Part shown: positions 18,918-27,536 of the stretch, piece after piece | How the letters are laid out: the number at the start of each line of letters is the position of its first letter | How positions within the stretch are numbered: the first letter of the stretch is position 1 | From: Escherichia phage vB_EcoM_PhAPEC2 | Reading direction: 5' to 3' (one strand) | Sequence record: NC_024794.1 | Length of the DNA stretch: 64,000 bases | Notes under the pieces: model-generated | The model's input: only the letters and a program-made list of their open reading frames with translations | Told to the model about the DNA's origin: nothing | The model's database searches: none | Position numbers and translations under genes: made by a program

Positions 18918-19916
18918 TCATTCCTTAAGAAGTTTTACTACTTGAATAAGATTAGCTCGTTCTGTTTTATTTTTACCGTTTAAGCCTGCTAATCGTGAGA
19001 TCTCATCGTCAGTCTGTTGAATAGTTACATTAAGTTCGTTAATCAAAGCTTCAAAGTATTTGATTTGCTCAGCATGTTTTGATTCAAATTTCTGAACCGG
19101 AATAACGTCTTGGTTTAGTTCATCAATAAGGTCTTTAAGAGCATCTTCTTGGTTGATATCATATTCAACTTCTTTTATTTCTTCAACGAGCTCGTCTTTA
19201 TATCTAACGTCTTTTAGTCCTGGAGCTGGTCCTGAAATCTCTTCTTTAAGAGTACAAACATACCCAATACGGTATCCAATACCCAGGAACGGCTTGATAT
19301 CAACTTCGTCGATAAATCCACAATGTTTAAGACCAGAGCCGATTAGGTCAAAATATCCTTGACGTCGTCCTTCAAACGTTACACGAACTACTAAGACGGT
19401 TTTACCTGCAACCTTTTGAAGCTCACATTTATAAAAGTCAGTTGAACCTGAATAACGTGGATGAGTTTTAAAGTTCATCTGACGATCTAGGCCCATTTGT
19501 AAACGTGCTGTTACGGCCATAAAACGTGTTTGGTTCTCGTTAAGATGAGCAACAATCCATTTCAAAGGCATTTTACCCTGTTCACGTCCGAACAAATCAG
19601 TACGTCCTAGATTACGCAGGATGTTGTTAGAGTTAATCATCGACAGAACGTTAAGTTTATTCAGCGCGCTGAAGATTCCATCAGCCATTGATTTTCCATA
19701 ACCTTTACACGCTTTAATAAGTGCTCGCGGCAGATTAGTATAGATTTCAGACGGCATATGAAAATCAAATTTTCTAACCAATAATTGATGAACTTGGATA
19801 GCAATTTGCTCATAATTAAGTGCTCTGCGATCGTTATGGTCTTTAAACCACACTTTAATCTGTGAAGCACATAAACCGTTAATTTCATGTTTTATCGCAT
19901 CAGATGTAATGCTCAT
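18918..19916 (-). CDS. Hypothetical protein (332 aa) with C-terminal coiled-coil-like tail
   Basis: Long ORF, ATG verified at 19916. Confidence 0.6.
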   Translation of the reverse strand: MSITSDAIKHEINGLCASQIKVWFKDHNDRRALNYEQIAIQVHQLLVRKFDFHMPSEIYTNLPRALIKACKGYGKSMADGIFSALNKLNVLSMINSNNILRNLGRTDLFGREQGKMPLKWIVAHLNENQTRFMAVTARLQMGLDRQMNFKTHPRYSGSTDFYKCELQKVAGKTVLVVRVTFEGRRQGYFDLIGSGLKHCGFIDEVDIKPFLGIGYRIGYVCTLKEEISGPAPGLKDVRYKDELVEEIKEVEYDINQEDALKDLIDELNQDVIPVQKFESKHAEQIKYFEALINELNVTIQQTDDEISRLAGLNGKNKTERANLIQVVKLLKE

Positions 19917-19950
19917 AACTATTTCCTCAGATTGAATTGGAACTCAAAAC

Positions 19951-19976
19951 CATTATAACCCGTCCTTGGGTAAAGC
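19951..19976 (-). promoter_or_regulatory. Candidate MotA-type middle promoter (CGCTTTA box, 13-nt spacer, TATAAT)
   Basis: Minus ACGCTTTACCCAAGGACGGGTTATAAT upstream of 18918..19916. Confidence 0.3.
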
Positions 19977-19978
19977 GT

Positions 19979-20506
19979 TTATGCGTGAACCGTCTTTAAA
20001 CGTTCTTCAAATTTCCGAAGAGTACTAATACGTTCTGCTTTCTGTTTTGTATAGTTTGCAATACGTTCTGAAGTGAGAGCGTATCGTTCGTTTACTGTTT
20101 CTTTCATGAAGTCAGGGATTTCACGAGAAGCTTTAATTTCATCAAACTTATCGAGTACTGCCTGGTCTTCAGCGATTAAATTTTCGTACATCTCGATATC
20201 TTTCTTGATAAACTCGATATCTTCCTGGGTTACTTTGGATAAACGAGATGCTTTATCCTTTTTGTACTGCTCGTTAGTTTCACGAGACCAGAATAATGTA
20301 CGTTTTTTGTTGGTGTTTTTGTAGACTTCCACAATTCCAACTGAATCGATGATAACAATCCAATTCCAGCGAGATTTGAAAATCTGACCTCCGTCCACGG
20401 TAATCTCGTTACCATAAGCAACGTCATTAAAGAACTTGCTTTGTGCTTCAGATTTAAATTTACCGTCGTTATAATTTACCAGGTTGAAAATATCTTTAGC
20501 GTTCAT
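19979..20506 (-). CDS. Hypothetical protein (175 aa)
   Basis: ORF directly downstream of the promoter cassette at 20523-20562. Confidence 0.55.
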   Translation of the reverse strand: MNAKDIFNLVNYNDGKFKSEAQSKFFNDVAYGNEITVDGGQIFKSRWNWIVIIDSVGIVEVYKNTNKKRTLFWSRETNEQYKKDKASRLSKVTQEDIEFIKKDIEMYENLIAEDQAVLDKFDEIKASREIPDFMKETVNERYALTSERIANYTKQKAERISTLRKFEERLKTVHA

Positions 20507-20522
20507 GTTTTACCTCCAGTAG

Positions 20523-20562
20523 TTGATAGGTCTATAATAACATAACCATAGACCTTGTAAAC
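20523..20562 (-). promoter_or_regulatory. PeSL-like early promoter cassette (GTTTAC -35, TATTAT/ATTATA -10, conserved CCTATCAA tail)
   Basis: Minus GTTTACAAGGTCTATGGTTATGTTATTATAGACCTATCAAC; one of a repeated family. Confidence 0.4.
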
Positions 20563-20564
20563 AA

Positions 20565-20852
20565 CTAAAAGAAACTTTTTTCGGTATTTTTTCCACTGAA
20601 CCAAACAGACTTCGGGATTTTTTGTAATTTTTCAGATTTAAGTTTCTCTTCCCGTTCTTTCTTATATACACCCTTGTCGTACTGGAGCATCTCTATGGCA
20701 TTCTTTTGCAAACGATCTAAGGTAATTAAGGCTTTAGTTTTTCCTTTCAAGGAAGAGTCCTGGCGAACTTCCTCGCTATATTGCATCGTAGAACTAACCA
20801 TACGATGAGCATACAGTTCTACTGCGGCTTTAATTTTTTGCATAAAATCCAT
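20565..20852 (-). CDS. Hypothetical protein (95 aa)
   Basis: ORF; lysine-rich C-terminus. Confidence 0.45.
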   Translation of the reverse strand: MDFMQKIKAAVELYAHRMVSSTMQYSEEVRQDSSLKGKTKALITLDRLQKNAIEMLQYDKGVYKKEREEKLKSEKLQKIPKSVWFSGKNTEKSFF

Positions 20853-20990
20853 AACATATCCTCTTCGATTTGTACATCATTATTTTTAAATATTTCTATG
20901 CCCTCAGTAAGTTCCTGGTGTCCTTCTTTGAGGTAAGCCATATGATTATTCATCTTTATGGCTTTTGTTACCTCAGAACTTCCTGTAAGC

Positions 20991-21992
20991 TTATTTCAGT
21001 AAAGTTACTTCAGAGATTTCCTCCCAACCATCCTTATCAGTTGAAATAAAATCTGCTACATAAAGAGCCGTACGTAATGATACATTGCGAAGACGAGATA
21101 CGTTAGCCTTCATCCAGGACAATGCTTTGTACGTTTCAGCATCAGTCAAGCCACGTTTCTGCATCATGTCAGTAGATAATATTACATCTTCAACTCGAAC
21201 CATAATCTCTTCATTAGAGTGTACTCCAAGGTCGAGATACACTGAACGAGATACTAAAGCTTGAAGGTGTGGAGCAAGTTTCGAACCGCGTTCTAACTCT
21301 TTATCGATATCAACGTTTGTAATGAAAACGATAGTACCTTCAAACTCAAATTCTTTATCAATACCCTTATCATCGAGATAAGATGACGCAGTGCTCCAAC
21401 AAACTTTGCGTTTATCTCCGGTATCTAATGCTGCTTTAAGAAGGTTCAAGATGTCCATATCTGAGAATACGTCAACGTCGTCGATTAAGAGAACGCTGTC
21501 TGCATCACGGTTGAGCCAAAGTTGTTCGTAAAGGCCAATACCAGAGATTTTACCATTAATGCTTTTGTATTTGATGAAACCGTTATCATTAGCGTTATTA
21601 AGTGCTTTATCCAGAGAATACGTCTTACCAATACCAGCTGCACCTGAAATAATGAGTGAACGAATTTTGCCATCGATAATGCCATTCGTCATCATGTTCA
21701 TTACTTTAAAGCGTTTGTTGATACGAGTTTTCATATCTTCAGTGCTTTCAACAACTGCAACTGGTGACGTCTCAACTCCTTCCATTACGATGTCTGATTT
21801 GAAGACCCATACTCCACGTTCAGAACCATCGATCATAACGAAAATTTTACCATCACCTAAGTGGGAACATTCAGGATTAAGCTTTGCCGGGAACCATGTC
21901 TTTGTGGCAACATAAGAACCAGAGATTTCGTTATTACGATAGATACCTTTTTTGATTTGAACGTTGAACATTTTATTCTCCAATTTACTCAT
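20991..21992 (-). CDS. P-loop NTPase of unknown function
   Basis: 333 aa; Walker A GAAGIGKT and Walker B-like VLLIDDVD; own promoter cassette upstream. Confidence 0.6.
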   Translation of the reverse strand: MSKLENKMFNVQIKKGIYRNNEISGSYVATKTWFPAKLNPECSHLGDGKIFVMIDGSERGVWVFKSDIVMEGVETSPVAVVESTEDMKTRINKRFKVMNMMTNGIIDGKIRSLIISGAAGIGKTYSLDKALNNANDNGFIKYKSINGKISGIGLYEQLWLNRDADSVLLIDDVDVFSDMDILNLLKAALDTGDKRKVCWSTASSYLDDKGIDKEFEFEGTIVFITNVDIDKELERGSKLAPHLQALVSRSVYLDLGVHSNEEIMVRVEDVILSTDMMQKRGLTDAETYKALSWMKANVSRLRNVSLRTALYVADFISTDKDGWEEISEVTLLK

Positions 21993-22000
21993 TTTGTTTC

Positions 22001-22038
22001 GATAGGTCTATAATAACATGTTTAAAGCAAAAGTAAAC
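22001..22038 (-). promoter_or_regulatory. PeSL-like early promoter cassette (GTTTAC-N17-TATTAT; also contains TTTGCTTTA MotA-box-like motif)
   Basis: Minus GTTTACTTTTGCTTTAAACATGTTATTATAGACCTATC. Confidence 0.4.
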
Positions 22039-22040
22039 AA

Positions 22041-22259
22041 TTATTTGCGACGAGATTTTTTGGTAAGAGGTTTAAAGAACACTGCTTTACCGGCTGGGGT
22101 TAAGGTGACTCGTAATGCATTACCGATTCCTAAGGATGCTTTAACCAAACCTTTAGCTTTCAGTTCACCGAATGCTTGACGTTGGTCTGCATCACGAGTG
22201 TTAACCATAAGACCTTTATCACCTGCTTCACGAATCATTTCTAACATTTTGGTTTTCAT
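22041..22259 (-). CDS. Hypothetical small basic protein (72 aa)
   Basis: ATG 22259 with SD AGAGGAGAA (MKTKMLEMIREAGDKG...); track start 22316 is an upstream extension. Confidence 0.45.
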   Translation of the reverse strand: MKTKMLEMIREAGDKGLMVNTRDADQRQAFGELKAKGLVKASLGIGNALRVTLTPAGKAVFFKPLTKKSRRK

Positions 22260-22278
22260 TTTGTTCTCCTCTTGTTTT

Positions 22279-22316
22279 GATAGGTCTATAATAACATATC
22301 CTAAAAACATGTACAC
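22279..22316 (-). promoter_or_regulatory. PeSL-like early promoter cassette
   Basis: Minus GTGTACATGTTTTTAGGATATGTTATTATAGACCTATCAAAAC. Confidence 0.35.
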
Positions 22317-22344
22317 TACTTTTTAAAAATATTTTTACCCCCTA

Positions 22345-22362
22345 AAGGGCCCGAAGGCCCTT
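22345..22362 (-). terminator. UUCG-tetraloop stem-loop after the nucleotidyltransferase gene
   Basis: Minus AGGGCC-UUCG-GGCCCU immediately 3' of the 22364 stop; weak U-tract. Confidence 0.4.
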
Positions 22363-22363
22363 A

Positions 22364-23353
22364 TCATTTATAGTATGAATTGTGGTTTTCTAAATAGACT
22401 TGCTCAAGGAAATCATCCCAGAAACTCATATCTACTTTTTGTTGCATACCGTTCTTAGCGGCTTGTTCCGATGCTTGTTCAACTTGGCCAACGATATCTT
22501 CTAGGAATTCTTGTACAGTTTTAAACGTATGTTTACCAAGCTTAACATCGAGAATAAATGGAGCATCCTGAAGTGGGTAAACAAGGTCACCGGTTTTGTA
22601 AATTTCCAATAGTTGAAGTCCACCACGACATGCATGACTCAATGCTTTCCAGTCAATACCTTCGTTGGCTTCGGCCTTACGAGCACGTTCACCATAGTTC
22701 TCTTCCAGTTTAACCAGGATGGCATTGAACTCTTTATTGGTTAACGTGTCTTGGAATTTACGGTCCAACAGATTATAGAACGTTTGCTTACCCGTTTTCT
22801 CGTTTTCGGTTTCAACCCACGAAGCAAATTCACCTACAGGCAGAACATTCTTCATATGTGATAAACGAATTACTGCACCATTATCAAAGTATTGTCCCCA
22901 TTCATTAGAACGTTTAAGGGCTTGACGAAGAGCAGCCAGTCGAGAACCCTTGACGCCGTATTTAGAAGCTTGCTTACGGACATACCCTAAATAAGATTTC
23001 ATGTTAGTGGTATAGAAACGAGACCTGTTGTCTTGAATATACTTCCACACGTCAGGCAAATCAGATTTAATTACTAGACTTTGTGGAGTGTGAAGCATAT
23101 CTAATGCGACAGTTTCACCATCCGCAGCTAGTTTAAAGAAATATTTGAGACTATATAACTCATGGTCCACGTCGTCTTTTGTGTTCTTAGAAGATGTGTT
23201 ATTCGTGTTCTTGCTCATATGTTCTTTAACGTTACCGGTCAAGATATCACGAGCATGAGGGACATAAATTTCTTTAAAATCGACGTCAGATTCAGGAGTA
23301 GACGTTCCATAAAGGTGGCTACCAAAGTAGCCTTTCATAATTGTTTTCATCAT
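22364..23353 (-). CDS. Pol-beta-superfamily nucleotidyltransferase-like protein
   Basis: 329 aa; N-terminal GS-x10-DVD motif (YFGSHLYGTSTPESDVDF) with downstream hDh (VALDML); helical C-terminal half; SD AAGG. Confidence 0.6.
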   Translation of the reverse strand: MMKTIMKGYFGSHLYGTSTPESDVDFKEIYVPHARDILTGNVKEHMSKNTNNTSSKNTKDDVDHELYSLKYFFKLAADGETVALDMLHTPQSLVIKSDLPDVWKYIQDNRSRFYTTNMKSYLGYVRKQASKYGVKGSRLAALRQALKRSNEWGQYFDNGAVIRLSHMKNVLPVGEFASWVETENEKTGKQTFYNLLDRKFQDTLTNKEFNAILVKLEENYGERARKAEANEGIDWKALSHACRGGLQLLEIYKTGDLVYPLQDAPFILDVKLGKHTFKTVQEFLEDIVGQVEQASEQAAKNGMQQKVDMSFWDDFLEQVYLENHNSYYK

Positions 23354-23823
23354 TTAGCCTTATATTCAAGAGTAGGACAGACTTTTTCTTTACGAGCTTT
23401 AAGGTATTCACCTATTAATGATTTCTTACGTTCAATAGGCTCAAGTCCATTTTTAATTCGTTCTTGGTTTTGTGCAATGAGCTCAACTTCTTTATAATAC
23501 TTCCGCTCTCTGTATAAGTCGATTAGCCACGGTATGCCTAATACTAAAACTATAGAAATACCAACACATAATGCAATGAATAAAACACCTACACCAATTG
23601 AGGCCGGAACTAATGTCCATAAACTACTAAAGACAAAGAATTTAGTTAAAATTTCCTGGCCAACGATTGTGGCCGCTGCTAAAATCGCAAATCCAATAAT
23701 CGAAACAAACAATACCGGGAGAAACGTTTTCCAAAAATAAGCACACAACGTTTTCGGTCGATTCCATGTACTATTAAACGCGGCATAAATTTTAAAGTGC
23801 CAAGAGTTTTCATTGATAATCAT
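23350..23823 (-). CDS. Hypothetical multi-pass membrane protein
   Basis: 157 aa with about 3 hydrophobic segments; ATGA-coupled to the nucleotidyltransferase gene. Confidence 0.55.
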   Translation of the reverse strand: MIINENSWHFKIYAAFNSTWNRPKTLCAYFWKTFLPVLFVSIIGFAILAAATIVGQEILTKFFVFSSLWTLVPASIGVGVLFIALCVGISIVLVLGIPWLIDLYRERKYYKEVELIAQNQERIKNGLEPIERKKSLIGEYLKARKEKVCPTLEYKAK

Positions 23824-23832
23824 AATAATTCC

Positions 23833-24366
23833 TTATTTCAAAGTTGGTATAATAGAATCAAGATAAGCTTTAAGAGCAACTGCTTCATCTTTGTCTAATG
23901 TAATGATATGTTGACGAAGGTCATCAATTTGACGAATAACTACGACATCACCATCTTCATAAGAAGGATTAACTCCTAGGACTGTTGTATAGTCAGGGCG
24001 GTCCTGATTTGTAATAAAAGCATTACGGCATTTAGCCCATTGAAGTTTGGCCTTTTTGGCTGTTTCAGATTCCATTAATTCTTTCACCTTAGTGACGAAT
24101 GTTTTCCAATTATTAATAGAAAAACATTCATCTTCGGTTTCGATATTGGCCGCATTGTAAAGACCAGGATAAAAACGAACTTGGAGGTCTTCACCAATGT
24201 TAATTACCTCTCGACGACGTCCAGACTGATTGAGTTTCAAAATCTTGTCCAGTTCCATAGGAAGAATAGTAGCAGCATCATCTTCTTGTGTCAGAACGTA
24301 CACATAACCACGTTTTTCAATACATAAATCACCGAACAGCTCGGTTGTTTCAATTACGGTTTTCAT
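23833..24366 (-). CDS. Hypothetical protein (about 177 aa)
   Basis: ORF; likely start MKTVIETTEL... at 24366. Confidence 0.5.
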   Translation of the reverse strand: MKTVIETTELFGDLCIEKRGYVYVLTQEDDAATILPMELDKILKLNQSGRRREVINIGEDLQVRFYPGLYNAANIETEDECFSINNWKTFVTKVKELMESETAKKAKLQWAKCRNAFITNQDRPDYTTVLGVNPSYEDGDVVVIRQIDDLRQHIITLDKDEAVALKAYLDSIIPTLK

Positions 24367-24472
24367 ATTATTCACCAATTAAAGTTTCAACAAAATTCAC
24401 CAAAGCATTCTGGCAAGCGTCAACCTGATTTCTATAAAAATTAAATAATATCCATCAATTTATTAGCTTGTT

Positions 24473-24589
24473 CACGGGTCATTTTACCATACTCGTTTCA
24501 ATAAGATTCACTATGCCGTTTACCATGTTATAAGTAAACATCGGATAATTGTATTGTACTACAACATAAGCGATAAGCAAAAGTTTCAT
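24473..24589 (-). CDS. Hypothetical small hydrophobic protein (38 aa)
   Basis: Hand-found ORF MKLLLIAYVVVQYNYPMF... with SD GGAGAA, directly downstream of the promoter cassette at 24608-24646. Confidence 0.3.
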
Positions 24590-24607
24590 TTTGTTCTCCA
24601 TTTGTTT

Positions 24608-24646
24608 TGGTAGGATTACTATATCATAGTCCTACCAAGACGTAAA
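24608..24646 (-). promoter_or_regulatory. PeSL-like early promoter cassette (GTTTAC-N18-TATAGT with dyad GGTAGGACT/AGTCCTACC)
   Basis: Minus GTTTACGTCTTGGTAGGACTATGATATAGTAATCCTACCAAAAC. Confidence 0.4.
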
Positions 24647-24862
24647 CTACCGATTATGTTTTAAAATACTATAAAGAGCTTCTACTTGGCTTGCATCCAG
24701 GTAAATAACATCATCATCTTGCTCAATGGAAATTCCGCCAGTATTACCTTCAACGAAATTACATTCGCATACTTCAACAGTGCGATATACATCACCAACT
24801 GGATGCTCAGGCTCCAGAACAATCACACCATCTTCAGAACAACCGCTTGGGTCATATAACAT
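24647..24862 (-). CDS. Hypothetical small Cys-containing protein (paralog B of MLYD pair)
   Basis: 71 aa from ATG 24862 (MLYDPSGCSEDGVIVLEPE...CECNF...), SD GAGGAAA. Confidence 0.45.
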   Translation of the reverse strand: MLYDPSGCSEDGVIVLEPEHPVGDVYRTVEVCECNFVEGNTGGISIEQDDDVIYLDASQVEALYSILKHNR

Positions 24863-24974
24863 TACAGTTTCCTCGCTAACCATGAAAAGAATAAACCAAT
24901 TAAAACAGGTCCTACAGCCATTGTTAACCAAGCCCAAGGTTCAAGATAATAAATCATCTCATGCTCCTGTGCCA

Positions 24975-25118
24975 TCAGTTTCTTGGTTCACGTTTAAAAA
25001 TTTCATCATGCATTGATTGACAACCAACACAATATATCACCACCATATCATCTTCAGCGCTTTCAGGTAAAAGTTCAAGTACGCCGTCTTCAGATTTTCC
25101 AGTATAATCGTAAAGCAT
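24975..25118 (-). CDS. Hypothetical small Cys-containing protein (paralog A of MLYD pair)
   Basis: 47 aa hand-translated (MLYDYTGKSEDGVLELLPE...CVGCQ...), SD GAGGA; below ORF-track cutoff. Confidence 0.4.
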   Translation of the reverse strand: MLYDYTGKSEDGVLELLPESAEDDMVVIYCVGCQSMHDEIFKREPRN

Positions 25119-25125
25119 AATATCC

Positions 25126-25305
25126 TCACATAATCTCGTTAACATACATTTGCAATTCGGTGTGAGCTTCGGCCATCTTTTTCATAGCTCTGTTAATGTC
25201 GATGTCTCCATCTTCGCAACCATGAGCATTTTCCCAATCAGATACCGCATTAGCGTACTCTTCAATCAAAAACATTAACTTAGAAATTTTTTCTTTACGT
25301 GACAT
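25126..25305 (-). CDS. Hypothetical protein (59 aa)
   Basis: ATG 25305 with SD GAGGAG (MSRKEKISKLMFLIEEYANAVSD...). Confidence 0.45.
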   Translation of the reverse strand: MSRKEKISKLMFLIEEYANAVSDWENAHGCEDGDIDINRAMKKMAEAHTELQMYVNEIM

Positions 25306-25327
25306 AACGTTCTCCTCTAGTAAGTAA

Positions 25328-25361
25328 AGACTACTATAACACAACCTGTGGAGAAGTAAAC
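25328..25361 (-). promoter_or_regulatory. PeSL-like early promoter cassette (GTTTAC-N17-TATAGT)
   Basis: Minus GTTTACTTCTCCACAGGTTGTGTTATAGTAGTC. Confidence 0.45.
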
Positions 25362-25371
25362 TGCTAAATGC

Positions 25372-25399
25372 AAAAAAGCCCCAACCTTTCGGAAGGGGC
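25372..25399 (-). terminator. Rho-independent terminator after rI (GAAA-loop hairpin + U-run)
   Basis: Minus GCCCCUUCCGAAAGGUUGGGGC followed by UUUUUU; same hairpin recurs at 40795 and 41342. Confidence 0.6.
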
Positions 25400-25406
25400 T
25401 AGTAAA

Positions 25407-25709
25407 TTAGATAGATGTAGGCTCTAATTTTATTTTCATGAACTCGGCAAATTGTCTGGCAGTTTTTATGCCTTGTTCCTGGCATTCAAATGCATCATCA
25501 CAGGGGCTATTTTTGTAATGCTTTGCCATATAGTTATAAAATTTTTCAGAATTCTCAACATTTTGAATTTCGAACAAAGTATATACGTTTTTAATCCCTG
25601 ATTCCATAAAGTTATCAAAGTACGGGTCAACATATGCAGTGCCAACAATAGGAGTCGTTGCTGCAAAAAACCCCAGCATCGCCACAATGGCTATCGCTCT
25701 TAAGGCCAT
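25407..25709 (-). CDS. rI: Lysis inhibition regulator RI (antiholin)
   Basis: 100 aa; signal-anchor N-terminus and ...YVDPYFDNFMESGIKNVYTLFE...SPCDDAFECQEQG... resembling T4 RI. Confidence 0.85.
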   Translation of the reverse strand: MALRAIAIVAMLGFFAATTPIVGTAYVDPYFDNFMESGIKNVYTLFEIQNVENSEKFYNYMAKHYKNSPCDDAFECQEQGIKTARQFAEFMKIKLEPTSI

Positions 25710-25721
25710 ATAGGCCTCCTG

Positions 25722-25934
25722 TTAATTTTGGCCAGTATTTATTTTTCGCCTTTGGACGGCCTTAACATCTGCGAGGTATTTTTCCAGCTTGCGCTTGCGT
25801 GTATAATCAGCTTTAGAACCAGTTTGACGGATATCCTCGTTTAAATGAGAAATAGAATGTCCTAATTCTCTTCGGATTTCATCCAATTGGGTTACAGTAA
25901 GATTACGAAGTTGTCTTTCGTTTAATTGCTGCAT
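25722..25934 (-). CDS. Hypothetical protein between tk and rI
   Basis: 70-aa ORF. Confidence 0.5.
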   Translation of the reverse strand: MQQLNERQLRNLTVTQLDEIRRELGHSISHLNEDIRQTGSKADYTRKRKLEKYLADVKAVQRRKINTGQN

Positions 25935-25961
25935 ATATACCTCTTGGTTAGATATTAGTAT

Positions 25962-26543
25962 TTATAACAACCCTGTCAAATCATTCCAATGCTTCCGGCA
26001 TAATGACACATATCTATCGGTATCACCAATTTCAATTTGACTGCCATCTGTAATTGGAAGTCCGTCTTCCGTGACTCTAGCTACCATTGTGGCCTTTTTA
26101 CCACAATGACAGACACCTTTAAGTTCAACAAGCTTATCGGCAATAGCCATTAATGCTTGAGAACCTTCAAATAGATTACCTTTAAAATCTGTTCGTAGAC
26201 CATATGCCATTACCGGCACATTGTATACGTCAACAATACGACTAAGTTGATACACCTTTTCAGTAGTTAAGAACTGAGCTTCGTCAACAAATACACAGTG
26301 AATATCCTTTTGCGCTGCAGCCCATTTATAGAATTCAAAGATATCCATGTCTTTTGTAATTATATTGGCATCCTGACGAATACCAATACGAGAGACTATT
26401 TCACCTTTTGAATCACGAGTATCAATAGCCGGTTTAAGAACTAATACACCCATGCCACGTTCTTTATAGTTGTGTGCGGCAGTAAGTAATGAAGCAGACT
26501 TACCAGCGTTCATAGCGGCATATGTAAAAATTAAACTAGCCAT
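25962..26543 (-). CDS. tk: Thymidine kinase
   Basis: 193 aa; P-loop MNAGKS, VFVDEAQF, C-terminal Zn motif CHCG...CRKH. Confidence 0.92.
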   Translation of the reverse strand: MASLIFTYAAMNAGKSASLLTAAHNYKERGMGVLVLKPAIDTRDSKGEIVSRIGIRQDANIITKDMDIFEFYKWAAAQKDIHCVFVDEAQFLTTEKVYQLSRIVDVYNVPVMAYGLRTDFKGNLFEGSQALMAIADKLVELKGVCHCGKKATMVARVTEDGLPITDGSQIEIGDTDRYVSLCRKHWNDLTGLL

Positions 26544-26552
26544 AAGAGTCCC

Positions 26553-26735
26553 TTATAGTGAATTCACGTAGTCAATGAGTTCTTGTTCTTTCCTGTCAAA
26601 TGATTCCATCAATGCTTGATATTCTTCATCTGTTAAAGGAGCATATTCATCGTACGCATTGGTGGCTGCTTGCTCATCCAATAGGTCATGGATAAGTTCG
26701 AACAGTTTAGTTTTCTCTTCTTTAGTCAATTTCAT
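26553..26735 (-). CDS. Hypothetical acidic protein
   Basis: 60-aa ORF coupled to downstream gene. Confidence 0.45.
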   Translation of the reverse strand: MKLTKEEKTKLFELIHDLLDEQAATNAYDEYAPLTDEEYQALMESFDRKEQELIDYVNSL

Positions 26736-27226
26736 TTAGGTTCCCAATCGACAATCACAATTTCTAGTTTAGTGGAATACGTATCTAAAATCTCTTCAAT
26801 GACATCCCAGTTTCCACCACCAATACCTGCACCAATTCTTGGCATATAAATTACAGGCTTTGTTATCTTATTCTTTCCGAATTCATTTAATTCTATTATA
26901 CAATTCATTAAAGCAGAGTACTCAAAATTAGGTCCAGGCTCAAACTGTGTATAAAGATTAAAGCAATAAGCTTTATGGGTCTTAAAATATTTTTCATAAA
27001 CCGAATAAGTCCCGAGTTTAGACTCGTCTCCGAATTCGGTTTGAAGTTTATCGGCTTCTAAAATTTTTGGATAAGCCTTTGCTAATTGTCCTGCCACACC
27101 AGCGCCCATTGTATGAAAACAATTACACCCATGAGCAATATTATTACCTTTAGAAAACAGGGCGACAATATCGCCCTTGATATAGTTTTTAATCACTTGC
27201 TGCAAGTCCTCTAGTATAAGAGTCAA
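26732..27226 (-). CDS. Macro-domain-like protein (putative ADP-ribose binding/processing)
   Basis: 164 aa; glycine-rich motifs HGCNCFHTMGAGVAGQL and RIGAGIGGG resembling macro-domain phosphate-binding loops. Confidence 0.5.
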   Translation of the reverse strand: MTLILEDLQQVIKNYIKGDIVALFSKGNNIAHGCNCFHTMGAGVAGQLAKAYPKILEADKLQTEFGDESKLGTYSVYEKYFKTHKAYCFNLYTQFEPGPNFEYSALMNCIIELNEFGKNKITKPVIYMPRIGAGIGGGNWDVIEEILDTYSTKLEIVIVDWEPK

Positions 27227-27536
27227 CTAGGCGGTCTACCATAGAATTGCATGCTGCCTTATCTTTAGGTTCCGCCACCGAGCATTCTAATATTTGCCAT
27301 TTTTTATGATATCGTTTAATTAAGGTAGACGCCTTGAACCTACTAGACGCCCCATCTTTTTCTCCGTCTTTATACGCATATAATAATTTTTGTGAAAAAT
27401 CTACTTTACACTCTTGACTTTTACCACAATAATCAGACGCCGTTCTGTTTGTATACTCCGTTACATCAGTATATGTAGTATTAGCAAAAGCGTTAAATGA
27501 AACCAAGCCAACTATTAAAGCCAACATTTTGGTCAT
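27189..27536 (-). CDS. Secreted Cys-rich protein (signal peptide)
   Basis: 115 aa; N-terminal MTKMLALIVGLVSFNAFA signal-peptide-like segment, 4 Cys. Confidence 0.5.
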   Translation of the reverse strand: MTKMLALIVGLVSFNAFANTTYTDVTEYTNRTASDYCGKSQECKVDFSQKLLYAYKDGEKDGASSRFKASTLIKRYHKKWQILECSVAEPKDKAACNSMVDRLVDSYTRGLAASD

